Assembly: GCA_048013815.1 (NCBI GenBank)
Contig: CM106585.1
Span: forward strand, 558,001 to 622,000
Source: Setoptus koraiensis
Lineage: Eukaryota > Animalia > Arthropoda
DNA length: 64,000 nt
Reading direction: 5' to 3'
The position numbers were made by a program, and so were the translations under genes. Below are positions 1-14,240 of the stretch, piece by piece. Position 1 is the first letter of the stretch. Every line of letters begins with the position of its first letter. Below the pieces are notes generated by a model, which searched no databases, was not told where the DNA came from, and was given only the letters and a program-made list of their open reading frames with translations.

Positions 1-3000
1 ATAATCAGATAATCACATTGAAGAATTACCCCGCCACCTATGTCTCGCTTGACACACACTCGGCAACACGCTCACAAAGCCATACGCATCCTGTCTGACA
101 GCATTTGTTTCATCGCAATCGACAACTGTCGTCTAGCCGACTGTCGTATGTTATCTGCCACAATTATCTGCTGCACTCCGTACTTTGGCCAGCCTCACTT
201 TTTGGGGCCCGCAGCTCGATCTTTGGCCAGCTTGATCTTTCCGGGTTAGGAAGGTTGGATCACACGTTTGTGCAGCTGCCGCTGCTGAAGGCACCACGGG
301 CCAGCACGAGCAGACAGTTGTCGCCTGCTGGCAAAAGTTGGTGAAAATTAAACTAGACACAACGGCGCTGCCGCCAGTCGCACAATTTCACCTGACACTA
401 ATCTGAGTAAATGTTATTGATGAACTGCCCTTTGTAATAACTGTAAATGTGAGCATTAACAAAAATTTGAGCGCTCCATATCGAAGCAGTTTGTCTTTTC
501 ATTTTATTTTATTTTATTTTTTCATTTCATTCATCAGTTCTTTTACTCTCTTCTTTTTCTCTTTGTATGCGCTTTCGTCCACCAATTCGCAAGCACACAA
601 ACACTAACAGTTGCTCTCTTTAATATTGATCTTTACACGAGAGGCGCCTCTATCTGCCGCTGCCAAAATCTATGGCTTCCTATAGACCATTACGGGCTAG
701 CAGATGTTACATGAGTAGCGATGTTGCGACATTGCCGAGAATTTTTAGCGCCAGAGTAGCGCCAGAGTTGTCGTCGATACCACTACCGTTATCGAGTTGC
801 TATCACCAGCAGCACCATTTCACTGATGATGAGAGAGGCACCATGTTCACAGTTGACCACTCATCAATAGAGATTCGATTAGTCAACTGGAATAGGCCCC
901 TAGTGAGAGATTGATACCACTACAACTTGTAATAAATAATTGGTATGTCCACTAAAGTGTCCATAACTCGCAAAATAATTTTTGTGCAACAAGAGAATGC
1001 ATTTTTGCTGCTGTTGAAAATATTCCGGATGTTTCATGTCTTGAATGTCCCATGAGTCGGTCATGAGTGTCTTGGCTATCGCCAAGCAGGTAGCCAATCG
1101 GCCAATTGATGACACACTCTGACGACTGATAACTCCGATATTGTATCAGTGATATAGTGTCGGAATGGCATTGTTGAAAAAGCCCATGGTGTGTATAGCA
1201 TATTCTTTGGCTTCGCAGCTCGCTTTTGCTCCTATCTGGCAATACCAACAAAAACTAAAACAACAGCAACAACTGATCATCTCTTTGGCACGATTACTCG
1301 ATGGTTGTGGACGAATTCATCATACGCTTTGTGAGGTAAGTGGGCAAGCCATTACAGCCATGTGTAAATATGGACCGGTGGATGTATAGACATTGTGACA
1401 ATTCCGTGTGCATAGACGTAAACAGTTAGCCAGTGATGTGCACCATAGAATCAGACAACATAGAGAAAAGAGGGAGCGTGGGAGTGAGAGAGTGATAACG
1501 AAGAGACATAATAGAGTTAAACTCACATGGGCAAACTCATATCCAGTGTGACTGGATATAAGTTTTGGTCTAAGTGAGTGCACAGGTACACACGGGTGGC
1601 TAGTGAGGAAATGATTTCTTGTCACGTATTTCATCAATTTATTGCAGGTAATAGAATTGAATTTTTATGTTGTGACGCCCTCCACTGCAGCAGCCATGGC
1701 AACAGCAGCAACAGCAGCCAATTCTCAATACGCCAGCCTGGCCAACACGAGAGAGCCCTCATAATAGTTCCGTTCACTAGTAGCCAAAAAGAATTTTTTC
1801 GCCTTGCTTGTCGGAAATTGCAATTTAGTTTCAGACACAAAAGTGAGCAGATCTCGAAATTGATTACTCTTCACACAGCGTGTGACCGTGTCGTCTAAAA
1901 AATCCCTCTCGAATATTTCATTTATTGTCATCAATTAGTGATGCGTTGCAACAAAAACGTGTCCTCACTGGCAGCATCCATGGTCGAAATGAAGGGAAGT
2001 TACAAAAATAATGCGCCAGATTACAGATTACTCGTTCGGTGTTATGCGCATAAAAATCTCGTCAGACGCAATGTTTCGGCATGTTCAACACACTGTCGAC
2101 TTGGATATTGCGACGGAAATGTTGTTGACTATGTGTCAAAACTAGTTATTTCGTTCGAATAAAAATACCTAACATAGTCAATGTTTGTGTGTGTTTGCCG
2201 TGTTGCCATCTACCTTAGGTCAGTTGTTGCTAAATAACGGTTGACTCCTTATAATTTATCATCCGAGCGTCACTACTGCAACTACATGTGTTCACATGTA
2301 ACGTGATTGCGGCGCCTACGACCACAGCCAGGCAAAAAGAGAGAAAAAACAGCTCAGAATACGATTCGATGATGTAACGACGATACAATGACAGAGAAAA
2401 ACAAAAGCAGGCAGCTACAAACTAGGCAGAGAAAAACCTCTCTGCCGTTTCAGGGAGAACGCAATGCTCGAGGTCAAATGATAACAACTGATTTGGGATT
2501 TACCTCTCACTATATGTGATGTGTTTGTGTTTGTTTTCAATTTACGACGACAGCAGCAGCAAAAATAAGGCCCGAACAGTTTTTGTTGTGTCGAATAGCC
2601 AACATGGCGGACAGGTGAATAGGCAAATGGAAAATAGACGCTCTCTGTATCTCTTGAGAATTGTGCCTGAAATGATGAAAATATTGCAGTCACTTTTACA
2701 TCTAACTATATGCGCCAAGTCCCAATTGCCAAGAGCGAGCCCACCAATGACTACTTGTATGCGCCATTCGATCGCAGAGCCCAAAGTTATATATCTGAGG
2801 CCCACACCTTAGTAGTGAAAGCAGCCACAAATAAAAAAACAATTCTTCTCTATCTCGCACATTTTAACCTGGAATGAAGTCCTGTTAGAGATTCGGCTGA
2901 GATTAGAGATATCATTTGGGAGGTAGTTGTTTCCCTCGAGACTGGCGAATTTTATCATTTATCTCTTTGAAAAACATCAGATAAAGCCAACAGAAGGCGG

Positions 3001-5765
3001 GAAAGATGCATTTTTTATCAGAACAATGACAACATTTAATGTTGTGCGAATTACATCGCGCATTATAAGTCATTGTAATTGTGTGTCACTTCAATCAACA
3101 CCAATGATGACTAAAATTTGAATCATCTCAATCTATAAACTTACGATATCCCACCACAACAATATTTGTGTTGGGCGCCGTTTCAATCGGAGTTCATTGA
3201 CGCTACAGGGCTTGCGAGAACCTCAATGTTACAGCAAGGAAGCAAAATATGATGAGTGAGCATCTATTTTGACCTAATCAAACATACCTGTAATTTCCTA
3301 TCGACAAATCTTGTTATGTCATTGTTTGTGTGCATGTCATGTGCAAAAACAAGGTTAAATAATGCCTGGCAATTTATCATAAACTCGATTTCCTTCCGAA
3401 CTCTATCTCTCTATCTTTGATGCTTTTACATTCTCGTTTGACCAGCTTCTCTGCCGCTATACGTTGTCCGCGGTAATTCAAATTTGACACCTTAATGCGC
3501 TTGCATTCAGCGTTGGTTTCTCTCTCATCTAGATATCCAACAAATAGTGCAACAGCATCAGTTTTGTTCACCACCGACAACAACTTACGTCAGATTGAAA
3601 TATCTAGCAGAGAATTTCAACTCAACCAACAAAGTTCCATCTAACAAGCTGTAAGCTGGATCAATGGCTCAGCTACCATTCATGTCCTTACCCTTGTACT
3701 GTCTAGTCAATTGTCAATCGACATCCAGCTCCGTTCAATAGAATCAAAACAATCTCGTGTTTATTCTCACCTCTTTTCTTTTCGTGACTCGGCATCTTTG
3801 GATCGAGAGCTTTGGATCGAGAGCTCTGATTCGAGCAACCGATCGAAAGTATTCGCGTTTAGGCTTACAGTTGTAAAGATTATGAAACATGCCAAACAAC
3901 ACAAGAACGACAATAAACAAATTGGATGAGTAAATTTCGCCTTGTTGTTGAGCGTGTCACGGGCAAATCGAACAATTCCTTTATCTGCGTCTCATAGCGA
4001 CCAGGCGTATCAATCTAAACCAGCATCTCAGGGCCGAATGATGGCTGAATTAATGAGAGACACCACAACTCTATTACGAAAAATATCCAGACAACCAGTA
4101 GACACTCTGATGCCACATCAATTGATGAAATTGAAGTCAACTTCAATACTGTAATATCTCTGGTATTTTTCTTACATTACCCTCGATTATATTAAAAGTT
4201 GGGCGATTTATATTCGATAGAAGCCGAGCGTGAGATTCTGGCCGCTATTCGACCTGATCAAGGTCAGACAGGTATTTTTTCTATTGTCGATATTCTGCTG
4301 CACATGTGAGCTACGATTGGTCTAACTTTCCTGCAGCCTTTTCAGATTAATATGCGAAGTAAAATTCAGACATGTTCTCGGGCATGTTCGGTCTGGACAG
4401 AAACTTTCGCAGCCTTTTGGAGAAACATCTCGATTCGGTGCCGATTTTTGTATCCATAGTGATACGGTAATGTAAGATTTAGGGCTAGTTTGCATTATTC
4501 GACGCATTAAGTGATTGTAGTTGATCGCTTGCGGTCGAGCAATCGGACTACGCTGTTAGGCATCAGATCTTGAGCAATTATATAGGTTCCCAGACGAACA
4601 TTGAGCTGGGATCGACACGGAAACAATTTTATGATGATCCTAACTCGGCTGGGTTTTCAGCAAGAAAAAGTTTTTTCATATTCGTGTGCTTTCTCAGACT
4701 GAGTTCCTATAGCACATATGGAACAAAGAAGCTCGTGTTGGTGAAATCAGAGTGAACGGAATCATACAACAACTCGACAGGATAGTAAAACTAAACAGAA
4801 TCAACGAAAAGAAGCGTTAATTATTTTTTCTCGAGATTAGCCACTGATTCATATGGCCCCAAGATGATTAATGACAGACACGAGCTGGCACTTGTTAACT
4901 TTTCGTTATTTTCCGTGAACCTTAGAGCTTGCCTACTAGGTGGCGCCAGTTACAATTGGCCCAGGCACGAGTACAATAGTTGACGAGAGTACAAGTTTTT
5001 TCTTTCTCATTATCATTACCCATATGTTTTCTATATCTTTGGATATATAACGGGTGTGTTGTATAAGATTGTTTCGCTTATTTCAGATGACTGACCTCTT
5101 TGGATAATGATTTCAGCCAGCACGTGTATAGCATGACTTGTATGGTAGTATATTTTTCGTGTCAGATTGAATCCCTTCCGGCACGACGAGACAAGTTTTA
5201 TTTCGGTGTCCAGTGGTGCACGATGGGACCGATCAGATGGTAATTGTTTCTGGTTAAGTCATGATGATAACTTGGTCATTTAGTAAGTGAGTAAAATGGT
5301 GATAAGAATAGATGATTGCCCGCTGAGACCGTTGACCATTGGCGACCGCTAAGCTCATTGTTTTCTATCAATGTTTCGTTGCTTTTGTATTAAGAGTTGG
5401 CAAGATTAATTAACTTCTGACCATGGCACCGAAATTGATGACACGCACACTGAGTGCCACTTACACTAACAAGTGTCTTGACAACAATCCCTTGGCGACT
5501 TGGATTGGTCACTGGTCACCGGAATCAAATTAAGTCAACTTTAATTTGATTTTAGTGATATTGAGCGCGTCGCTTTTGTCCATACATTTGCAATAGAAGG
5601 GGCTAGTGCTTTTGCAAGCAGCTACGATCATTATAGAGGAACAAAGAAAAAGAAATAACGAGTTTCTTGAAGAGTTGAATGAATCGTCTGACTGATATTG
5701 ACAGTAAAATTGCATTCGCCATGTCGGAGCAACAGTAACAATGACAACAACAACGACAACGACAA

Positions 5766-5766
<1 letters not shown>

Positions 5767-5801
<35 letters not shown>
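5767..5801. repeat. (AAC)11 microsatellite within a degenerate AAC/GAC tract (~5730-5820)
   Basis: Directly visible run. It generates the poly-V/C/L ORFs at 5530-5881. Confidence 0.95.
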
Positions 5802-5803
<2 letters not shown>

Positions 5804-7488
5804 GTGGACACAACCACCACTACCAGTGACAAGGTGATTAATGGCTTTGGCTTGTATAACAATGATACAAGATTCGCACAAGTTTCAAAAGTTAAATAAA
5901 ACAGCGAGACACTGTTACGCGACTACATGAGTATGATGTTGTTAGATTGTTGTCTCTTGGTGTTGTCGATATTGCCTGGCCAAAAGCGTCCATTGCAAAC
6001 TATACTATGCAGTGGGCGTGTGTGAGGCCCGAGACACAAAGCGTGGTGTATGTGGTTTTGGGCCAATGTGCACACAACTTTTAGGGACATTATGACAGTT
6101 TTGGGAGCCCCAAATATTTATGCCATACGCTGACAGTGTGTGTTGTTATGCAACTAAAAAATTGCCTCTAGTGTGGCCATAGCAAATGGTGGGTATTGAT
6201 CAATTGCGTGGTGGCTACACGTACACGTTAGAGCACGTGACTCAGCTGAGCACACATAGTGGTGACAGTTAGTGTTGTTGTTGACAAAAGGAAATTGAAC
6301 TTGACTCCATGTGTTTGTTATAAAGACACGTCTATCGCATAACGGACCGATAACCGGTGCTCACCAAGTCGCCTCAATGTTGATCTGGTGGCCAGATCTG
6401 GCTGGTTTTTATGCAGGCATCCCTATGGTCAGTGCCATTAGTTGTGTATGTGTTTGAACATTGAACTCTCTTGCCAAATATCTTTATTTCTGTATTTTGA
6501 GCAAGCTAGAGCGCGTTTGTTTTGGCCAAAGTGACACACAATCGCAGAGCCAATAGGCACAGCGACCATATAAACATATGATATTCAGAACAAGTGCTAG
6601 TTTTGTGGTTGACATCATTGTTGTTGCCATCATTTGCATATCATTTACTTTAACAAAACAAACACAAGCACATGTAATGATAGTGGTCATGTTTATAGAC
6701 TAATACCAAATGTACCCAAGTGGGCAAGCTAACAAGTGGCGTGCGGCAAAGTATTGCGACTAGGCCCCGCTTTTAACATGCTCGATAGCCAAAAAACTGA
6801 CCACTAAATACAGCCTGTCACTGTGGAGCATCAGTCAGCGGGTTGACATGGTCATTATTATTATAATCATAGTGCAAGTGTCCTTGATCGTGTCATGGTC
6901 ACCCAATGGAATGGCTAATGACAAGACTCAATTGTTGGCGAGTCTCTGTGCCAACATGATTATAATCAACGGTCGATGGTGACGATTTTGTCGGATTTGT
7001 AACGGGCCAATTACTGGTGAGCGACTTTAATATCAACATACAGACACTTTTACTAATCACACACACACACACACACACTCACTCAAACTTGCTCGGCTTC
7101 CAATTTGGCACAAATGAAAATGCGAATTCTCTGGTGCAATTCATATTGGTGAGATAATTCCGTTGGCATTTAGAACGGACTAGTAGACGCGTATCGAGTA
7201 GGCAAAAAGTGACATGTCAAACAGTTTCTAATAGCGTCAGATTTGTTTGTTGTTCTGGTGTCAGGTGCTATATGGCCTAAATTACCGCGACTACTACTCG
7301 ATAAGCTCATTTATATGTCGCTAGTGTCGCTAGAGTTGCTTGTGTCGCAGTGACAGTTGCAACTCGAGACCAGTTGACGCGCCTAGGCAGTCTGCTCATT
7401 ATTGGCAAATAAATTGTGTGCCAGGAGGGACACAAATAATAATTGTGTGCTTTGTTATTATCTAGAGCTTACAGCTAATTCACCATTA

Positions 7489-7625
7489 CAGATGTGTATG
7501 GATATCCGGGCCGAATAATCGATTCGAACCGGATCCGAGAAAATAAGCGATTATCCATATATATTCGTCTGAGCTGGATATTGGGCGGAGAGTATCCGTT
7601 CATGGATAAATTTAGCGCACCCCTA
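7489..7625. mobile_element. Possible degenerate hAT-like MITE remnant
   Basis: 137-bp GC-richer island with repeated GGATA/TATCC(G) motifs, ending in CACCCCTA (reverse complement TAGGGGTG, a hAT-type terminus). The left end CAGATGTG is only a partial match and no 8-bp TSD is seen. Confidence 0.25.
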
Positions 7626-10600
7626 TTTACCATAATCAGCTATTTGCCCGTCTTGTGTGTGTATAAATTGAGACTTGAAGCGACTTGTTAGTTTCATGCT
7701 CGCTGGTGACTGAATTGTAAGGGCATTCATTAGTTTGGCATGACACAACAATGATACCGATCATTGATTAACCTATGAAATCCGCTTAATTTCATTCATA
7801 ATTAGTTTACTCGTGACTACTTGTCAGTGCCGTTTCTAGTTAGACTAGACAGCCAGATAGCTAGTTTGTAGTTAGCCAGTTTGTACTAAAAACTCGATTT
7901 GTCCATCTGTCTCTTTGTAGTTAGACTAACTGGAGTAACGAGGCGAATTGTGGGAGTAAAGTCAGCGGGGTGCCGGAGCAGTTAATGAACAAGTGCAAAC
8001 TTTTGATAAGTTGTCACATGTGTGATGGCATGCAATATAGTAATAGTGATACCAATGATCACTTGACAGTAGTTATATCATGCTAAAACATTTGAATATC
8101 CCAGATTCGAGCTATATATTAATGCTAAAAATAAAAATCTTCGCATATCACTGGAATATCATTGGAAATTGAGGTTTTCCCGCTGCATGTTTTAACGAGA
8201 CAAAACTATTTTCGGTGTAGACATAATAACATATTATATGTTGCTGTGTGCGTTTTTTCCAAGGGCCTCTAGTCGATTTCTTTCTAAGTCGCCAGGGCGG
8301 CGCACTTAGGTTCTCATGTGCATTGTGAGTGAGAGCAGCAATTTGATATGGTGAACTGCCAATGGTGAACTGTGGTTAGCTCGGTGAGGCTCTGTAGTTG
8401 AAACATTTATCGATACACTCTGTGGCCGGTCGTGCGTTGAGCTGGCTCGCTACGCCCCTGACGGAGGAAAAAAGCTACCGGCGGGCTATCGGCAACAAAA
8501 CACACAGTAGGTATAATAAGGATACTTGTCACAACAGTAATCAGTCAGTCAGTCTTTTTTGACCGAGACTCACGACATTAGATGCCTCATCGTTTTTCTA
8601 TATTCTATCATTAGTTAGATTCACTATTACGTATTATTATTGCTGTTGTTATTAGTACAGGGCTGCTTAGGTGACCTATGTTGCGTAATATTGAAAAGCA
8701 CGCTGCTGGTTGTTGTTGTCGAAGGAAGAATTTGTCATTTGACAGGCCGAGCCACAGTCGATTAGCAAGAGCATAGGACAAGAAACAAGTCATTTGCATA
8801 TAGCGACAAGCGCATTTGCAGTTGTAGGTTGTTGCCTGTTTGGCGGCGCCAGTGGCGCAACAAAACGACAACAATAATTACACAATAAATGACGTTATTG
8901 TTTATCCTCTTTCAACTCTCTCTCTCTCCCTCTCTTTACATGACTTGCCAATGTCTGGCTGCTGGCTAGTCGTTGGTGCAAGAGCTCTAATAGGCTTTTT
9001 TACATGCTTGTCTGGCCTCACTTGCATTTTATCTTCGTTACTCTGCTTGCTTGCACAGCTTGTTAGTTGTTCTCTAGTTATAAGTATTTATCAGCCCACC
9101 ATTGGTGACACATTATGATTATACGTCCTAAGCCTGGCTGATTAGTCGCACTTATAATTTAGTTTACATGTAGTATGTATTACCTTTGCTGTTACCGTTA
9201 GCCAACAAGAACCTGGTGTGTTTATCACATGGACTGTCAGCGCCCTCTTTTGATCAAACACAAAATAATAATAGTAATAATGATAATGTAACACAAATGG
9301 TGACTATCTTTTTCACGCGCAAGATCCTCTTGAATTCTTGTTATTAGTAGTATACTTACAACATCATGGTCAACTAACTACACGCGTCCCCGAGCACCCA
9401 TGTAAATAAATGAAAAGTAGATCATTAAACCAACTTGTTTGTTCAGAGATCATCATCATCACCATCATCATCATCATGGCAGAAACGCGTGAATTTATTA
9501 ACCTTCAGTGTTTAAATATCTAGGTATTTACGTATGAATAGATCAAGTCGATAATAATAATGGCTTACTAATGATTACTATTACCATCAAACTTGCATCA
9601 GACTTGCATGTAATGCTGTTCAGCTTAACAGTTTATTGATCTAATAATAACAACAACAGTTAGTGTGTATTTATAAAGGTGTAACGTTATAAACAGGCAA
9701 ACAATGTACAAAATTAGTTAGTCATTGTCAATTTATCATCGCTACACTTTGACTAGTGATTACAGTTACAGTGTATTATTATGTAATGAGTGTTTGTGCA
9801 GATACAACTGTTCACCTGAGTCAATCAACATCATACATGTAATTTAAGGACGACACCATGTTGACTTATGCACATCACAACACAAACTTTACTCTCAAGT
9901 CGACTAACAACTCAACAGTAAACACCTTGCCCGGTTGGCTACACACCTTGATAGTAATAAGTTGATTTTATTAACCTACAACATATTGTTGTTGTCGTTG
10001 TTGTTGCAAATTTGACACAAACAACAATTGGTAGACGTGATCAATTGGCAGCGCTTGCTCTTCGGCATTTAAGTGAAAGGTGCCGTTGATGACACATTCT
10101 TTCTTCATCCTTGATTGAATAGAAACGGTGCGCGCAACTCCTTTAGTTTGCTTCATCAACTAAGTGACAAACACACATATACTTTGTGCAATATGAACTA
10201 TATATACAGTATTTATTAAATGACGTAACAACCGGTAGTGTGACAGGTACGCTTTTCAGTCAGCCTCAACAAACACAAAGCAACGTGACAATTGCTCAAA
10301 TTAACCTGGCCTAATAACCAACGGCCAATGTTGTTCACTTCATCCAAGTTTAGCTCAGTTTGGTTGGTGAGGCCAGAAATAGGTCGAAATCGATCTATTT
10401 GCATCAAGAAATTGGTTGCTCTATCTGGTTGGCTTTTGTCACTTATGTCTATCGATTTTGCAGCAGCCAATGCGTTATCTGTGATGATAGGGTCGCAAGA
10501 TTGATGCACTGGCATCATGAATGCAGCTTGTTTGCCATGGCAAGCGCATCATTTAAATAATACGAAACAATAATCCACTGATAGATTGAATCAATTGAAC

Positions 10601-11944
10601 AACAAAAACTTGTAATAGTTTTCATATTTATTTTTACCCATTTGCGAGAAACTATGATGAGGTGAAAATGCTTGTTTACGTCTGAAATGAATTGTTGCAC
10701 AAGTCGCACAAAAGTCACATCGTTATGGCTATTATTTTTGTTATTATTATTGTTATCGTAACTATTATTAGGCCGCGATGGATCTATAGCGACGTTCGCG
10801 AGTCGCGACACATTTGACTAGAGCTTGTCGGTGTGGCTGTCACACACGTTTCAATGCTGATGCGGCGTGACTTATGAGTTATCTCAATCAGACTTGGTCG
10901 GTTTGAACTGTGTCTAGAACTACAACCATTGTTATATTCGTCGAATCTAATGGGCAAACTAGCTAGACGCAAATAACTTGGCCTGGTGCGTGACTTGCTG
11001 CGAATTTGAAAGACAATAAACAATAGACAGCAACACATAACGCTTGCTTTTTGAACAATTATTGTATATATATTATATACATATCCGTGCGACATACAAT
11101 CCGCGAAACAATCTGTGTGACTAGAAATTTTTAAGTCCAAATCAATTGTTCTCGGCACTTTGCAGTGTTTTGTTCTGTAAATCTAGCTGTCTCACAAATT
11201 TAGTTCTAGTTTGTTTGTTATTATGTAATGCCTGTGGTGCCATTGCAAGTCAGTTTATCGAGCGCTACTAACAACTGTCCACAACAATGTTTGCCAAACA
11301 CATGCATTCATCCCTCTGACTGATGATGCTCCTCATACATTATGTAATGTACAAGTCTGACTGAGTTTATAGACCAGGCCGGGCCAGATTGACATTTACT
11401 ACGTGACCTGAATAGTGTATAATGAATAGAAAGGAAGCGGGGGCGACATTAACTGATGATCTCGCCGCGACATCCAGACGCATAAAAAGCGGAGGAAATC
11501 ATAGACAAACGCACAACTTGCACACGAACACAGTCGACAAAACCCGGCATTCTTGTGACTTTATGCCAAGGCACTTATTATTATAATCCTATTAGTAAAT
11601 ATTTATTATTGCCCAATATTATTTATCAACCGGCCGATAAGTTGGAACGACAACAGACGACACGAGTAACACTTTTTCTCAACAATTCAACTGAACTCGA
11701 AGCTGATCCATCGACACAAGCGCCATTTGCAGTGAGTGTGTCGAGAGCATCATGACACCAGATTTATAACTATAACTCCCACTATTTTTGTCCTCCTTAT
11801 CCCGTTATCGTCGTGCCCCCAGATGCCGGATTACTGTTTTTGAGACAATTTTCGGCTTTTTGCATTTTCGCTTTTTCTCTATTCCTATTTTCGGTTCCTC
11901 TGTTCGCCTATTTCAAATCGTCGGAAAACTGACATTTTCAATTA

Positions 11945-13027
11945 TCAGTTTCTCGACTTGCCAAATCGAATGGACAGAACCAGATCGCTGATCTGGTAGG
12001 CCAAGTACCAATACTCAACTAATTGGCTCTTGCTCAATAAACTGTCGTAGCGCTCTTTAAATCGCTGAAAAGAGTCATCATTATCTGTATCTGTATTGGC
12101 ATTCAGCATGCGCGTTGCCAAGTTCAATACGCCAAATATTGGCTCTAATTGCTGTTTCAAATCTCTGGCAAATTTATGGTGCGGCTGCTCGCGCTCAATA
12201 TCCGCTTGAGTTAAATTATCGTCGTTCACTTTATCTATTGATTTGTTTCTCTTGTAGACAGACACAACATATTTGGCTAACTTTGACATCACTTCTCTGG
12301 GTTGTTCGTCGTATTGGCGCAAAAATTGGCGCAAATTCTCTGTTTCGTCACAATCGAATGGCTCAGAATCGGCCACTTCCGATGCCAAATTTTGGTATTG
12401 GCAAGCAGATAACAGATTGCACATTTCCGATTGTAAGCGCTCCATTTTGGGTGTCAGTTGATAGTCTGGTACGCCATTGTTCTTTATTTGTTGGTAAAAG
12501 CTAAAATCCATAGAGTCATTGGAAATACGCGCAAACACTTTCTCTGCCAAACCCTGCAAATGATTCCACACAATTGCTTTCAAGAATCCAATAACAGTTG
12601 GCTTAGTTAATAGCTTGAATCGTTCGTCGCCATTACGCCACAATCGGTCTATATTTTTCATTGCCTCTAATGTTTGTCCGCTTTTATAAAAAGCATTATA
12701 TAATTTTTTGACGGGCTCTATATCAAACTCATAGCTTGCATAAGCATAAATTGGCGAGCTGATCAATGGCGTATTGGGTCGTTTAGATTTCGTTCTAATC
12801 TCCTGATTATATTGGGGTAATTTGTTCTGAAAGAACGCTTCGAATTCTGCGTAAGTTTCAAAATGAAACCCATTACTAAACTTCTCACTAATATATTGGC
12901 CCTCTTTATCCAATTCCGTTGTCGACTGTTCTGTTGGGCCCGTTTCGGCGGCCCAAATGCACAGAGACGATGAACTCAGCATGATCATCATCATCATGCT
13001 AACGTACCCTAATTTTGTTTGCAGCAT
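11945..13027 (-). CDS. Orphan secreted protein, 360 aa, intronless
   Basis: Long open frame. First ATG at 13027 (track start 13063 is GTG). N-terminus MLQTKLGYVSMMMMIMLSSSSLCIWAA is signal-peptide-like. The rest has normal globular composition with no family I recognise. Confidence 0.8.
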   Translation of the reverse strand: MLQTKLGYVSMMMMIMLSSSSLCIWAAETGPTEQSTTELDKEGQYISEKFSNGFHFETYAEFEAFFQNKLPQYNQEIRTKSKRPNTPLISSPIYAYASYEFDIEPVKKLYNAFYKSGQTLEAMKNIDRLWRNGDERFKLLTKPTVIGFLKAIVWNHLQGLAEKVFARISNDSMDFSFYQQIKNNGVPDYQLTPKMERLQSEMCNLLSACQYQNLASEVADSEPFDCDETENLRQFLRQYDEQPREVMSKLAKYVVSVYKRNKSIDKVNDDNLTQADIEREQPHHKFARDLKQQLEPIFGVLNLATRMLNANTDTDNDDSFQRFKERYDSLLSKSQLVEYWYLAYQISDLVLSIRFGKSRN

Positions 13028-14240
13028 TTTAATAAGGAGGGCTATAATTATATCACTAAACACTGTGTGTGATCTTTTTCGATATTGTTGTTTAGTCCAA
13101 TTTATCGACAGAGTTATTCTGGTGAACAGATTAATTAATTGAACTCAACACAAAGCAACTGAACAACAACTGCACCGACTGATATTTAGAGAGAGATTTA
13201 ACTAGCACCAACGAGTCGTTTGCAAACACCATCTACGTGTAGATATACCGACAGAGCTGGTCTGCGCTCTCAATATTGATCCGATTCCTGGTATCCACTC
13301 ATGGCGAATTCAGTGTAATTGCCAGTGTGAAACTCATTTATAAATAGACCGTCTGACATTCCATCGAGACATAAATAGAGACAGATATAGTTCCATGTTG
13401 GCTCGCTAGAGCCACTCTGTCGGCACATGCAACAATATCGCACCGTCGATAGGTATGTCACCATTAGCATGTCACGCTGTGTCTGAGTCGAAATCGCCCT
13501 TTTCGGTTCTATTTTTCTCAATCGAATACCTATCGATGACAATGACCCTCTACATCTGTGCAATTCAGGCTTTCTTTCGTGTGTGAGTTACTTGATTCGT
13601 GAATCGATGTAATCAGGGGAGACGAACTCTGAAAGAAAGAGGCTCATTTTTGTGTGATTTCCATTTTTGCAATTCCTTCCATTGTGCGCTATGGGATGGG
13701 ATTGAATTGTTGAATTGGATTGTGGCCATGCGCAAACGGCTCCCCAATTCCCACTGCTGTATATCTGTTTGAACTCACTTTAAGTTTGTATGCATAAAGA
13801 CAATTGTCATCAATTATGATGGCTGCATAATTGTACTCATAACTGTTCTCATATTTGTTCTTGTGACTCATAACTTACAATAGAATCCCAACTGCTTGCC
13901 ATCTATCAAACCCAATAAGCTTTTCGTTGGCCCCGATAATGATCGACACGAATGATCGAAAGCATAAATCATTCATACTAATTTCTTGCTCTCTGTTCGA
14001 ATGTTTATGTCTGTAAAAACAAAATATTTACTCTGATCGCCAACAATCAACACAGAGCAATTAGAGGATCAGTTTTTGACGCAAAAACAAAACACATCTT
14101 TAGACGCTGACAGAAACGGACGAGCAATGTCTAGGCGCCACAAATCACCAATTTTCTGTTTAGTTTTAGACTAATCAACGTTTTACGACAAACATGACAT
14201 CAAGCTGATTTCGCTGCCGCCAAGATCAGCAAAAAGAAAC

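Noticed and set aside
1301-1341. Possible first coding exon MVVDEFIIRFV followed by AG|GTAAGT
   Set aside because: No phase-compatible downstream exon or recognisable protein was found.
5530-5881. Poly-V, poly-C and poly-L ORFs
   Set aside because: Translations of the (AAC)n microsatellite.
40-9118. Numerous 60-110 aa ORFs in the first 9 kb
   Set aside because: Mostly non-ATG starts, overlapping on both strands, no motifs. Expected by chance.
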